From Haliotis cracherodii (taxonomy: Eukaryota): a DNA stretch of 64,000 nucleotides. The position numbers and the translations under genes are program-made. Positions 27,791 to 41,789 of the stretch are shown here, piece after piece. The notes below the pieces were generated by a model, which made no database searches, was not told where the DNA came from, and worked only from the letters and a program-made list of their open reading frames with translations. Within the stretch, counting starts at the first letter, position 1. Every line of letters starts with the position of its first letter. The stretch covers positions 62,558,001-62,622,000 of the forward strand of contig NW_027266297.1 of the NCBI RefSeq assembly GCF_022045235.1, written 5' to 3'.

Positions 27791-28588
27791 GATTTATCCG
27801 TTATCGTTTATTGTGAAGTTGGGTATATTAATAGATACATTGTATATCCAAGTGGCTTCCAGCAGCAGCACAGCCAATCGTCGCGAGAGATTGAAATCAG
27901 TTTTAATTTGGCATTGGTTGTTACAGGACGCAAAACCTATTTGTGCTTTTATGTGTTTGAGAAAAGAAACGTTTGTGTGGAACATTATTTAACGCTTAGC
28001 CTGGGCACTAAATGTCACTTAACTGGTGGAACGCTGTGGGAAACAAATTATCTATCATTTGTGATACTCCAGCTGTATCATTTTTTTCATTGACGCCATT
28101 ACGAGGTCCTGTCATGTTGTGCACTGCGTCTGTTAATGCATTTAGCAGGGTTCATTTGTTGTCATTCACATCAATTATGTACAGCAACTGAGGTTTGACC
28201 TCTTTGTAGATAAGATAATCTGACCATGGACTTTCGCACTTTATTCGAAGGACTTATATATCGTAAAATAACTGGTCCTTTGTTGCAACCCAGTTGTCAC
28301 GAAATTACTATTAAGATATTGCATTTTTATGGCATAACCCTTATAACTAGATTTTACTCTTGATTTATTAATATCACATTATGATCTGGGTGGACAGTAA
28401 AGGTTGTTTGCAGTTGTATACATGGCTCGAGAAACACTGTTATATCTTGAAATCATGAGTCATATATACGACGCCACATGAGCAATTGTCAATTGGTTGA
28501 CTCCGACTTTTATAGACACGACAGTGGTGATTATGAACAGGAAGATAACCATTGAAAAGTAAATAAACATAGTTCATTCTCACAAAAC

Positions 28589-28846
28589 ACGTGAAGATCC
28601 GGGGTAGACTAAGTCCTCAGCAACACATGCTTGCCGTAAGAGGCGACTATGCTGGCCGCAAGAGGCGACTAACGGTATCGGGTGGTCAGGCTCGCTGACT
28701 TGGATGATGCATGTCATCGTATCCCAATTGCGTGGATCAATGTTCATATGTCAGTCACTGGATCGTCTGGTCCAGACTCGATTATTTGGAGACCGCAGTC
28801 ATATAGCTGGAATATTATTGAGTGCAGCGTTAAAACAACAAACAAA
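28589..28846 (+). mobile_element. Short retroposon family 2, near full length
   Basis: gtgaagatccggggtag...gtaagaggcgacta (twice)...gctggaatattattgagtgcagcgttaaaacaac. Confidence 0.8.
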
Positions 28847-30791
28847 CGAAAATATGATTAAAAGTTCAGCATAAGGTATATCAAAATCTCAAAAAAATTC
28901 CATTCATCGAACAATAAAAATAAGTTCCTGAAACTATCTGATTGAAAATGGGCGTTTGAGCATATTACACACATTAATAACGGTGACAACAATGACAAGA
29001 AACCCTTGATGCGAGGCATCAATTCGGCGGCAAAATCGGTGTGCTAAAAATGTTATTGTCAATAAAACAGTTTTCCGAAAATGTTTAATCGAAACGGGCA
29101 TGTGAAAACACAATGACCAATACTTGTTTCATTCATGACTACTATGAAATTACCTCCCGTACCTCGATGACATACCCAATCTGACAAACGACGAATGTAG
29201 ATGAGCGCAATAGCCTATTCAGACCGAAGGTCATCTGCATTCTGTTTGTAATGAACGAGGACGTAGGCACTGATTCCCTCTCATTATTGCGGTAAAGTTT
29301 CTCACAAATGTCATGCACTTCTGGGTTTACATAAACCTAAAACTGAACGACAACAACATATTGGGAATTTTAAGAAGAAGTATATCAAATATGTTATGTT
29401 ATAAAGAACTGTTTAAAAATAGAGACGCATGTACTTTCTATTCAATTACACATACGTCCCATAGACTTCTGGTAACCTTATTACGAATAGACCGACATTC
29501 ATTGTGATTATCGATATAAGGTATTGATTTTCACAGCAGTAGAGCAGTCACGCTTGGACCCTTGATAGAACTCGACCATTATTTAAAATATAAACGTGAA
29601 CGCCAGAAAATAACTAGTCGATTATGCGACGAAGCAGATTCCACTGGGCGTAAAAAGGCAAAATAACAGTGAAATGATATACAATTGGATCACGGAAAAT
29701 CAGTGAAGACACCAGGTGGACGAAAAGTAGGAGCATGTCCTGCCCTATCGGTATTGTCACTTGAAAAAGACAACTCGCTTACTCTACACACTTACCAGGA
29801 CATTCTTGCGTTTATGTAAACACAATCTAAGTTAATTTCCCCGCTTTGGACATGCCACAGTACCATCTGCAGTCAACCATTGTTAAAATCATTACCAGCT
29901 GGGCGGTCTGTGATGAGGATTTATACAGTCCTGGCGTTTCTTTCTTGATTTGATCAAACAAGTTTGCTCAATGTTGCTAAAATCTGATGGAGCAAGTTAC
30001 TAATTTTTGGTCACAATCTGTGGTCGAAAATGTATTTATGCTCCTTTTTCGTTTGCAAATGTCAAACGTCTTTTGTATATGTAAACTGGGTGATGGAATA
30101 TGCATATGATCCTACTTAAGCTTCGATAAATATTTTTGTGCCCATTTATTAAAGTGCACACTAATTGCTCTGAATGTCTTTATTGCTAAAAAAGATACAA
30201 TTATCATTGAACCGCCCGCATGAAATGAGCGGACCACTGTAACTTGATAATGCTTTTATATTGCTTTACGACGGGTTATTATCACACCCCGTTGTTAGGT
30301 GACGTCATTTGATTTGTTCCATGACGTTTCCGTATTTGTAAAAGTGGTTCAGTGAAATTCGTGTTGATTGCAGTAAATGTTACAAAGCCGATATTGTTGT
30401 TTATTTTAATTTGATAACAAATTCAATCCATTTTAGCTATAATAACGGTAACGCTATTTTTAAGGGATTTATTATTTGCAGAATATTTTTAACCCGTTGT
30501 TGAGCGAAAATTGCGCACACGACAATCCACACGACACTGGATCTACCTCCGGCGGTAAAATTATGCAGCTTTACAAAACTGCAAGTGAACAAAATTCTGC
30601 CTTGTTTCCGAAGGACATAAATATTTATCAAATGGATTTATATGCTTATGTATAACGTTATACATTCAATGGATAAAATAGCCTGCCGTAAATGACGAAA
30701 ACTGATTTCCCTGTATGACGTCAAAAGACGACAGAGGTTACACACGTACAAAAAAGGGAGTATAACTACACTATGCTTAGCACTAGGTTAT

Positions 30792-31294
30792 TCATTCGTG
30801 ACCAACTCGTGTTATTCAGGGACAACCCTAATAGTGACTCGTGCCCCTCTCATGGTCATTTTTGCGACCGGGTTCCGTCTTAGCGCATACCTAAAACAAT
30901 TTTCTACTCGTTGCGTAATGGTTCACATATACTTTCCCATATACTATATATATATCAGATGTAATTTAAAGCACATTGGAACATGCGGAATTATACAGTA
31001 TGATTGAACACATTTAACTGTGTCTTGGGTATATTTTTAGATGCATGTAAAATCAGAAATTATTTCTGAGGGATTCTTTGACGAAGAACTTGAAATACTG
31101 CGCGATTCTGATTGGTTTGTCGTATTTTCGCACACAACATTCATCGATTGGGGGACGAGTCTGCTTGCAGGTTACGGAAAGGGGCGAGTGGTGACAAATG
31201 ACAGGTAGACATTCGTCACCATTCGTCACCACTCGCCCCTTTCCATAACCTGCAAACGGCTTGTCCCTGAAGAACACGAGTTGGTCACAAATGA
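30792..31294. repeat. Palindromic non-autonomous element: 34-bp inverted repeats plus internal 35-bp hairpin
   Basis: 30792-30825 vs 31261-31294 (2 mismatches); 31166-31200 vs 31220-31254 (2 mismatches, 19-nt loop). Confidence 0.75.
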
Positions 31295-32081
31295 TGGTGT
31301 CTTTTCACTCAACGCTTTTGTGTGAAGAATACTAGGAGCTGCTATAGAATATATAACGTCCCTTTAACGGATTCCTAACCCGAATGATCGTAAAGGGGAT
31401 CCAAGGGATAAGGATAGAGTTCGGGGTAACCTACCCTAAAACCGACGACATTTGGATGTGTTCAGTGCCAATATAATATACCTAATAAACTGCATTCTTG
31501 TGCATAACATTGAAAATTATTGAACCGAAAAAATAATATATGTATATGTGTTCCCATTTATAACCATTTTAGCCACTTGAATTACGAAAAAAACGAAATA
31601 AGAAATATATTGAAAATAAAAGAGCCTACATAAACTAGCATTTGCTGTAAAATGTGCCGCCACAGGCTATATTTAGAAAACAAAGATTCAAAACTCTCAA
31701 CATCAGGATGATAGATAGATCACTGGGAATAGCTTATCCACACTCGATGACACCCAGACGTCACAGGGCATTGTTTCGCCGGTGTGAATGGCAACAACAT
31801 ACTACAAATTACGTCATAGGGTATTGTCACGTGTTTGAAACGTTTGTGGTACTGTAATCTAAAGGTAGGCCAAAATTACACTATGGACTATTTACACTCC
31901 AAAGAAATACGTACATGTGGCAGTTAATTTCATCTTCTAACACCTGTCTGAAGGAAAGAAATATCACACGACACTATTTATAATAAACCTATCAATTCCT
32001 ATGTAAACACGTGAGTGAGTTAAAATTAAACGGCGCCACGGAATTATTTCAGCCATTTAGCGCCGAGAACATATATATAAT

Positions 32082-32087
32082 GTGTGT

Positions 32088-32136
<49 letters not shown>
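32082..32136 (+). repeat. (TG)n microsatellite
   Basis: Directly visible. Another (TG)n lies at ~34337-34370. Confidence 0.95.
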
Positions 32137-32139
<3 letters not shown>

Positions 32140-33219
32140 ACACTTTGAGTCATTGCTATACGGTTATTTGTAAAAACAAATATGTCAAAAATACGTTTCA
32201 GAACAAGATCATTTACGACTGTTTAAAACACGGTCTATAAGTCACCAGCAACCAAAGCTAGGCCAAACCGCTGGGGATCAATGGGGGCTCATGCCTTATC
32301 TTCTTCCTGCACGATATCCCAGGGTTTGCACAATACTAGCCAATATAAAAACAATGTTCAACAATAAATTAGCTGAAACATGGTTGATGATAGTAACATT
32401 AAATAAGATGTCACACAGGGTTTGGAGTGGGTGAATAATTTTACAGTACTTTAACCTCCTGGACAGAGCCTTGTGTAAACTGATAGACAGATTCATTTAA
32501 ACCAAAAGAATACAATTTCGGCGCTTCGTTATATAATACATTGATTTGAGGAATAGTGTCAACTTAAGTCAGATGTTAATTCATTTAGTCCTCTTTAGTT
32601 CATGCAATGATCTGACATGAAAAAGTACCTGATGATACCAATGACATTTACATGTTGCTGACGAAAACTCATTCAGTAAAGGTATGTGTAATTTACGAGA
32701 GCACAGCAAAGAAAGCCGACAAGCTGTCAGGCCGTGCGGATCTACCTGGCCCAGACTGTAGGATAAGTCATTCATGAAAATAATAAAATATGTCGATGTA
32801 TTTAGTCTGTGTTGTTTGAAGCGTAAAGTGCTTCTTATTTCATCTACGTATATGTATTCCTATGTGGAATAGCATGTTATGCAGTGGTATTTGGACCGTC
32901 AAGGAATATGTATATGCACTTCCATTGACCTTATTATTCAGAAGATGGAGGTGAATTTGAACGTAATCTGTCAGTTTAGAAAGATGGATTCATGTAAATT
33001 AAAACATTTCAATTTAGGCACTTCGTTATGTAAAAAAATAATGTGAGGAATAGCTGTAAAATAAGGTTGATATCATTGTTAACTTAAGTCAGATGTTTTT
33101 GCCAGTTATTGAAAAAGGAATGGCGACTGAAGAACGAAACAGGTATGCTTAACATTCAGTTCGCTTTAGGGTTAACGAATGGGTCCGAAAACAAGATACG
33201 GAATCCGTTTTACTTTAGT

Positions 33220-33360
33220 TTGTTTGTCTGTTTGTTTCACGTCGCACTCAGCAATATTTCAGCTATATAATAGCGGTCTGTAAATAATCGAGTCTGGACC
33301 AGTGATTGACATAATGAGCATTGATCAACGCAATCTGGATAGGATGACATGCATCAACCT
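33220..33360 (-). mobile_element. Retroposon family 2, 3' fragment
   Basis: gcactcagcaatatttcagctat...ctgtaaataatcgagtctggacca. Confidence 0.75.
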
Positions 33361-34333
33361 GATAATAAGTTTGTGACGTTTAATAAACTCGGAAATATTA
33401 ACGCTGCTTCCAGACAGACAGTTTATTAGGGTCTCACCTCATTTACAGCAATATATACATACACTAATAAACACCTATTATAAAAGTACACAAGCCATTC
33501 TAAAAGAGACCACATATAAAACAGGTTATAAACAATATATGTATAACAGTATTCACTGAAATAAAATAGAAATACATAATAAACATAACGGAAACTAGAA
33601 AATGTACTAGCCTTTGCAATCCCTTGCCAAATTAGTAACTTAACGTAGTACAAGGAAGTGGTTTCTACCCCGCTATCGAACACTGTTCCCGTCAGATGCT
33701 TGAGGCAATTAGCTGACTTACGTAAGTGTGTGTGATGAAAGAATTTTCAAGCGTCACATAGACCACAGAAAGAAGTCTTCTTGGAAATTGCTGTCTATAT
33801 CTCAGAACTCTGAGGGGGTTGGAGAACATTCTTTATTCAGGTTTCTGCATTACAAAGAACGTTTGAACTTTTACAAACAAACAAAGATGTGATGCATGTT
33901 CATCTGTTGTCATTTGTTGAAATATCTGGAATTGTGATAGTTATATAGATACGTAGTTCCGAAAGGAAATCGTGCTCGGATTTATGGTAGTGTCTAACAA
34001 ACAGGCAGATGACTTTCGATCCCATGCAGCTTGCACAATCAATACACATTCCACCTGACACGACCGAGGACATAAATATAGAAACCACATTTTTATTACT
34101 AATTGTAAGTTTGTATCATCCAATAATTACAATATGTTACAATGACGTTAAAAAAACAATATGTTAAATTGACGTTAAAATAGCAAATACGCCTTATGTA
34201 CGCAAGAATGAAGTTCATTTTTGCTTTTGAAAGCAACTAAATTGCATATTATCAAACAATATAATTTGCTATAACCTTGTTACGTACCAATGCTCCTTGG
34301 TATGCCCTACGCCTATGTGTGCAGTATGTGTGC

Positions 34334-34371
<38 letters not shown>

Positions 34372-34847
34372 TGAATCCTAGGATATCATTTGATTCTCGC
34401 CATTTGGCATTTTTCTTGTCTGAGGTAATCATCCGACAAATCTAGGTTTAACGTAGTGAATGTCATAGTATAATGTAATATACACATGACATGGTGTAAG
34501 CAGTGACATGGGACAATTATACATTGAAAATATAGCAACCTTGAAATGCGTATTTACATATGCAGATAATCAAACATTTGAAGAAGTAGCTGATATCAGA
34601 AAATGGCATAAGACACATTATATTATAAGCGTTATTAAGTATGTGTATGAACATACATAATTTTTAGCTGACTCTCAAACTAATATCGCATGAGAAGACT
34701 TCTTCAGATTTGCAAGCAGGTAATTTATCAAAATTACATGTACCAAATCTATGGCTGGTTTAAAGTATGCCTAGTTACATTGAGAAAAATGGAATTGATT
34801 TAAATAATATCCCTGTGCATATGTACAAAGAAGTTTGTGCCCACAAG

Positions 34848-34978
34848 GTTGGTTGGTTTGTTGTTTAACGCCGCACTCAGCAATGTTCCAGCTATATGAC
34901 GACGGTCTGTAAATAATCGAGTCTGGACCAGACAATCCAGTGATTAATGTCTTGAGCATCGATCCACGCAATTGGGAT
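34848..34978 (-). mobile_element. Retroposon family 2, 3' fragment
   Basis: ttgtttaacgccgcactcagcaatgttccagctat...gatccacgcaattgggat. Confidence 0.8.
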
Positions 34979-35077
34979 AGCTATGACTGGTTTAAGGGAG
35001 GCTAAGTTGAGAAAAATTGAACTGTTTTATATATCCCAGTGCATATGTACAACATTTAGCATTTTTGCACTCACATA

Positions 35078-38000
35078 CTACGAAAGAGATTCAGGCATAC
35101 AAGGGGACAAATATCGTTCATAAATGTCAACTGCTCGAGATACGTTCTCACCATCGTTTCGAGGTCCATCGATGTCAGGTTCAACATCTGAAGTGTCCTT
35201 TTCATTTTCATCAGATGCGTTATGTGTACCTTCACACAGGTGTACAGGGGATTGGGAATCATCAGAGGACGCAGCCATGTTTCTGTGCATGTCACTATAG
35301 TTTATTTCCCAGTACCTATGCAGGGGTTCATATCGTGTATCCATATGACGCATTTCCTCAACAACCAGAGCGTGTTCTGGGTCGTTTCCGTTGGCCAATC
35401 TTCTCCTAGAAACAAATATAGGTATGCGACATTCAAAATAGGTGTAATGTAGAATTATCAAGTCAACTAGAAACTCTTCAACACAAAGCTGCTAAAATAC
35501 TTCCTGGGCTCCCAAAGACAAACATCTGTATTATGAGTGAGTGAGGGTTTACGCCGCTTTTAGCAATGTTTGTCCATTATCGAAAATCAACATATCTTTA
35601 AGGCAGTGCAAATATGTATATGTCATATAAAGATATTTAGGTAGCTCATAAATGTACATGTTTGTCTTTCTTTTGTACATTCCAACAATATCGATTGGCT
35701 ATTTTCTCCATTAAGCCTAAGCATACCAACCGTGGACAAATCTGTGGTGCTTTACGCAGAAGGAGCAATAGCAATAGGATAATAACAATCAGCAGCAGAA
35801 CAGCCAGGATGATTCCCACGTCCAATATGTAGTTATGCTCAACAGACACTGAATACAAAAGAAGTACTTATAAAAAATACAATGGATCATGTTTCCACAC
35901 TTACATTTGTATCTCGTTGGGACATACACTCCTCCATGGCCGGGGCAAAATATATTTTGTTTACACCTATGCCTGCGTTCAAGATGAATGTCAACACATA
36001 CAGTTAATCACATATTCCATTAGGTTCAAAGAGAAATTATTTACCAGCTCCGCACATGCATTCTTTTGGGGTTTTGTTACCACCTGGTGAATACGGTTCG
36101 ACTATTCGAGTACAGGTACATTTAGAACTCATTTAGAAGTCCCAAGTATCCACGTTAAGCATAAAATTCCCCTGATGTCTTAAATCCTGGATAACTCGAG
36201 CTTCCGTCCAGGTCACCTCGAGTTAGACGCAACGATGTTCGACTGTACATGTAAGGCGATTTGATTGGTGTCCGTGTTGTCCTGTTATTGGTTTATTAGT
36301 GTCTTGACATGAAAATCATCATTACATAATTACAAACCGTCCAGAGTTTAGGAATGTATCAGCGTCTCTTTTTACCAAACATCTTTGTAACATCAGTCAT
36401 AGTTACATTATCAAATACCTGGCAGGTTGAATAAAACAAGCATTAAATAATCATATCCCCGTCAATCAGTCCCCAAGAAAAGCCAGGGAGTGGCTTCTTC
36501 TAAAAAGACAAGGACACTTACTAATATACTGATTAATGTGCTGCTGGCTGAATTGTACATGCTGTCATCTCTGTAAAGTTAGTGTCACTGGAAACAGGGG
36601 TCATCATCAAACCCTGCCCGTATTTTAGTGAATGGCTAGGCTGATAACTGTACACAGTTTTATCAAGAAATATTGAGTTTGAGTCTTTGAGTTATTCGCC
36701 GAATATAATCCTACCTACCCTCATTTAAGTCTAAATGCGATTTGCTGTCATGGAAATCGGAACAAACACAGGTCTCAATACCGAAGGCATCACAAACAAA
36801 CACAGTTCTAAATACATCACATCATCGCGAGACATATATATTATATATTTTAATAATAATTCATCGAGAGACTTATAGAGTATGTATTTCAATAATAGTT
36901 ATCACAAATACAAGCACACCATGCTTACCCTAAGATGCGACTATCGGGATCCGGTAGTCAGGCTCGCTGACTTGGTTGATTCAAGTCATCGATCCCAATT
37001 GCGTGGATTGATGCTCATGATATCAGTCACTGGATTGTCTAGTCCAGACTCGATTATTTACAGACCGCCGTCATATAGCTACACTATTGCTGAGTGCGGC
37101 GTTAAACAACAAACAAACAAACCAACCATTACAACTACATGTAGGATATACGTTTGCATAACATGTCCCTTTTCACAGCAATATTTAGTTGCCATTACAA
37201 GACTTAATATGGGAACTGTCTCATACTAACCTTTTCTATCAAGATCTGATTCTCTTGTCGATGAAGTTATTCCATCACTGCACCACTTAGATGTCTGGCA
37301 TATGTCAGACGTAGAACAGTTCTCCTTGCACAGTTTGTCACAGTCATTGTCATAGGTGGAATTACATCCAACCTCACACAATCCAGTCTGTTGTTCACAC
37401 ACACTCATCACACATGATCCACAGTTTAAGCTACAGTTTCAACCGTAGTATCCCTTCTTGCATCCATCAGCGCAGTGTCCGCTGTGGGTGTCGCACGTTC
37501 CTTGACATCCTGGGTGACACTGGATGCACCCCGGGCCATAATAGCCCAGTACACAGCCATGTTTACACTCGCCGTTCTGGTCACATTCATTGTGATAACA
37601 TCCTCTGCTGCATGCTTCTTTACACTTCTCTCCGTACCATCCGCGTTTACATCCATATTTACATTCCCCCGACGTTTTGTCACATTGTATGGGAAGACTT
37701 TTCGTTGAATTGGAATACACATCACAATGTATACTACATGTGTCACCACAGTGTTGCCCATAATACCCTGTTAAACATGTAGTACATTGTGCCGTTGTAC
37801 AATGTCCTGAACAGTTGTGACACACATGCTCACACTTTCCTCCAGTGTAATCGGCCGTACGCCTTTGGCATTCTCCTGTCGTGTAGTTACAGAGTTCACA
37901 TTGTTTCGAACATGATTTACACTGGGAACCAAAGTAAGAATCGACACAGTTTCCCCAGCAGCTGTCATTTTGCACGCAATAAGATCCAACACATCCAGAT

Positions 38001-38541
38001 GCACATCTCGTACATCCAGGTGAAGAGGTTATACAGGGCACCCTACAGCTTCGACCAAAATACCCTAACTGACATCCATGAGAGCACTCGCTGACTCCGC
38101 TTTGTGTGTTTAACGTACACGTACTGTTTAAGCATCCTTGGCTACATCTGTGGTTACAGTGTGAGCCATAATATCCAACAAAACACTCACTTTGGCACTT
38201 GCCATCTGAGCCACATTGTGAACATTGCTGGCCTTCTGTGCAAGTCGAATCTGGAAGAGAAGGAAAGTAGCCTTAGAACAAAATTGTGTTTTTAATCTGC
38301 TAATGTCATTTTGATTTATCAATATTATCAAAAATATATTAGTTTGACAGATATCGTTTCTCTCAATTCACTCTGACGGCAGTCACCATTTGGAAAGATA
38401 ATATTGTATCAATAATAATTACTCGTTTGCATACTTCATATGATACTTAGTAATTTTAACATTACCTGACGGCATGCATAAATGTGCCGACGGAAGACAC
38501 AGACACACGCCAAGTATAAAGATAAATCCGTGCATTATCAT
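35078..38541 (-). CDS. EGF-repeat type I membrane receptor gene B (MEGF10/SCARF/CED-1-like); one in-frame TGA, possibly a young pseudogene
   Basis: Four phase-compatible GT-AG exons: 38541-38466 (signal, MIMHGFIFILGVCLCLPSAHLC), 38250-37231 (many C..GYYG..C EGF-like repeats; TGA at 37441-37439), 35848-35731 (TM, VGIILAVLLLIVIILLLLLLL-RK), 35405-35078 (Tyr-motif tail). Confidence 0.8.
36920..37125 (+). mobile_element. Retroposon family 2, 5'-truncated, in intron of gene B
   Basis: catgctt..taagatgcgacta...attgctgagtgcggcgttaaacaacaaacaaac. Confidence 0.8.
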
Positions 38542-39420
38542 AGATCCCAAGCTGCCACACTAAGATAAATATTAATTAATGGTGGCAGTTCGCCGAGGAC
38601 TGTCGCTGTGGCTGTGACTGTGGCAAGCGACATCAGTGCATATAAGGAAATAAGGAGAGATGAGACATATCAGCGCAGTCGCGGAATAGGAAAGCAACTT
38701 TGCCAGTGAAGGAAATATTTCAATAAATAACGCTGGGTCTTTATGTCCCATTGAACCTAGACGTAATTGCCAAACTACATAGCTCGGGTAATGTAGAGGA
38801 CGGAGAAAGTATAGGTCATGCCAGTGAAATTGCATGGTTAAATGTGTATTAAACTGACAGTGGCAATTGAATCATTGCGAAATTTTTCATGTTGTGATTT
38901 CATGTTGTAAACATCAGGCATCAATCTGACAATATGTTCATACGAAACTTACACTCATGAAGTGAGGTGAAGTGAAATGAAATGGAATGGGGCTTATATA
39001 GAAACTTGTTTTCTTTAACATAGTATACTCTTTGGTAAAAGTTGAGAATGCGACAATAGAACATGATGTTAAATTTCGCAATCTCAAAAATGTATACTAA
39101 AACATTCAGTTTGGGTTTACAATAACAAAGGCAATACCACTGGTCAAACAAGTGGCAACAGAAATACACGACAAGCCCTACAACGTGTTTCAGAGCACTC
39201 ACGGATGTCAAAAAGGTTTTACTTTCAAAAGTCTTGAAGGAGGCCCGAGCGCCTTTCTTGATACTGGGGTAGTTTTTGAAGCTGACAGGAATTAGGTGTT
39301 TTCAGAGTGGCACCCTGTCCGCACCTGTCAAGTCAATCATAAAAGGCCCTATCGTTCTATACTGACCCATCTCAAAACTCCTGGAATGGTAAAGTCTGTC
39401 CCGTGTTTGTCCACTAAAAA

Positions 39421-40145
39421 AAAGTACTCACGGAAATGAAAAAAAACCCTGTTTTTTCGATCTCAGATTTTAAATAAATGCAGTTAATATACAAAATATA
39501 TAAATATTCAAACAACTCAATTAGTACTATTTGGACCATGGCACAAACACAGCATATCAAAGGGTTTTATGTCTTTTTACACGTAAAAGTATGTAAAAAA
39601 AGGAACAAAACAGACTCTTGTGAAACTGAGCTTAACAAGGTGTTAGTAGATCAAGGTGAATGTCCATGACCTATGACACCTTGACGACAGATGCAAACAG
39701 GTGCTTGAAACCCACGTGCATGTGATATGTTAGTGATTTGTGAGTGGCATTGTGGGATAGTGAATCATCGTCATAATATCAGAACGTAAAAGTAACATAT
39801 TCCCGTCACAAACAACAACTTACACGTCATTATTATTATGTACATAAACATAGCTGTTATTTTTATTGTTGTTTTGATAACCTTTTTCCCAGGCTAATTT
39901 GCACAATGCATATAGCCTGTTTCTGCCAAGTCAATTTGGACTTAGTTTTATTTTATAATGTTCAAAGTGCCTACAAATTACATCCTGTAAAGTACATTTT
40001 GTATTGAGCACTGAGATAAAACTAGCAAATCGAGACTAGTACTTTTCCAGTTGTTTTGTTATTTCGTATTTACATCTACGTAATGCTTTGTGTCGATTAT
40101 TAAATCCAGCAAAACAGGTTTTTTTTTCATTTCCATGAGTACTTT
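39421..40145. mobile_element. MITE with 35-bp TIRs
   Basis: aaagtactcacggaaatgaaaaaaaaccctgtttt (39421-39455) vs aaaacaggtttttttttcatttccatgagtacttt (40111-40145). Absent from the paralogous segment near 48555. Confidence 0.75.
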
Positions 40146-41789
40146 ACCAAATTAGGTAAATCAAAATCACACTTCCTTTCACAATCCGGCCACTACTCGA
40201 TATTATACGTATGTTTCAATCATTTGCTGTCTCTGATTACCATTACAAATAAACTTACAACATTTTCACTGCCACGTACCTCATGGTGTACGCGTATACA
40301 TTGAATCAGTTAATGCTTATTTGTTGGTCATTCGCATGCATTACGTGCGTTATTGATATTAATAGCGAAAGACCCCCACTCAGTTTGAAAACTGTAAATA
40401 TATTTGTAAGTTTACTTACGTATAAGTTGGTCTGAAAATATATCGAGGGGTTAGTGCCAGAACCACTTATCTCCATTTTCCCTAGATGTGAGAAATCCCA
40501 CTTCAAAAGTTTGAAATGGTGCTAAAAAGCACCACTTGAAGTTTTATTAGCAATATTGTCTCCAGCCATTGTCATTAAGTGTGCCAAACAGTATATCTTG
40601 TTTTTTCAACATAACATTGATATTAACATGTAATAAAGATAACCTGAAATATATACGATGTTCTGGCATATCTCTTTCCCAAAGAAATTCAGCTAGACTT
40701 TCAGCCAAAGCAAAGTAAATAAAGGCAACTCCATCTGGCAGCATAAACATCATACAGGAAAGGGGAAATGTGAGGCCCAGATCCTTGTAAACAGAAGTGA
40801 TACATTGTGGCCCTGATAAATGATAACATTTCTGCTTGCGTCAAATTACCCCAAACACAGGACATACGTTTATGCTTCAGAAACTTTCTCAATGAGCAAG
40901 CCAATTAATAGCAATAACAGCTTATCTCCCGACAGCTGGTAATGGCTCAACCTCAGAGTCTGCGTGACACACAGGCTGATACCATTATCCTGGTGTAAGC
41001 TGACACTCTAAAGCATCGCTTGCTACAAACACGTGGTTATAATCACTTACCAGCTTTAACGATTATCTGGCATTGCCTAAAATAACTAAAGTAATGTCAG
41101 TGTTGCCTTTACCAAACATTGTTCATTTTATTAAATGCTGTACATTTACATTTACATTGCATTGTTTGTTTCAAAACTAAAAAGCTAATTAGTATGCAAA
41201 ATTAAGTTAATGTCAGGCTGTAATGCTAATGAGTGTAAATGTGTCACACAAAGTTAACGGAGAAACGTTATTCTATAAATTATAGATGAATAGAAGATCC
41301 TTTTAAAACCTTTGAGCAATTATTTGTTTATGTAAATATATATTCTTTTATGAAACAGTGGGTACATATTTAGCTTATTATCTATATACCAGTATATAAT
41401 ATATAAAGAGTGATAGATAAATAGATAGACAGATCTGTACCCAACGTTCAATTTTCAAAATGGTGCCATAACTCGCAGTATTCACAAAAAAATATAATAC
41501 TTTTTCAAGCTGAGCTTCATTCAAAGTCAATTTATGAACATACAAATACTGCAATTCTTAAGATCAGTTATCTCAGATTGTATTCGGATATCCAACCTAG
41601 CTGTCATAAGACATTTTAATGTGGTTACAATCATTTTACGTTCCTAACAGTAAATGGAATTCTTAGCTTGAACATTCACGCGATTGTTGTGGCTCACTAA
41701 AAAGGAAATTAATAAGGAAGTAATGCAGGAACTTGTCAGATATAATATAGCCAGGATCAGCATTTCAGAAATGTCAGACTTCCACAAAT

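Larger units (their letters stand above)
26939..29454 (+). repeat. Near-identical ~385-bp direct duplication (26939-27321 and 29068-29454)
   Basis: Both copies run from cagttttccgaaaatgtttaatcgaaacggg to ttcaattacacata with few differences. Confidence 0.9.

Noticed and set aside
36518-36590. Candidate extra exon in gene B
   Set aside because: Both candidate acceptors give stops in the required phase, and the flanking exons join in frame without it.
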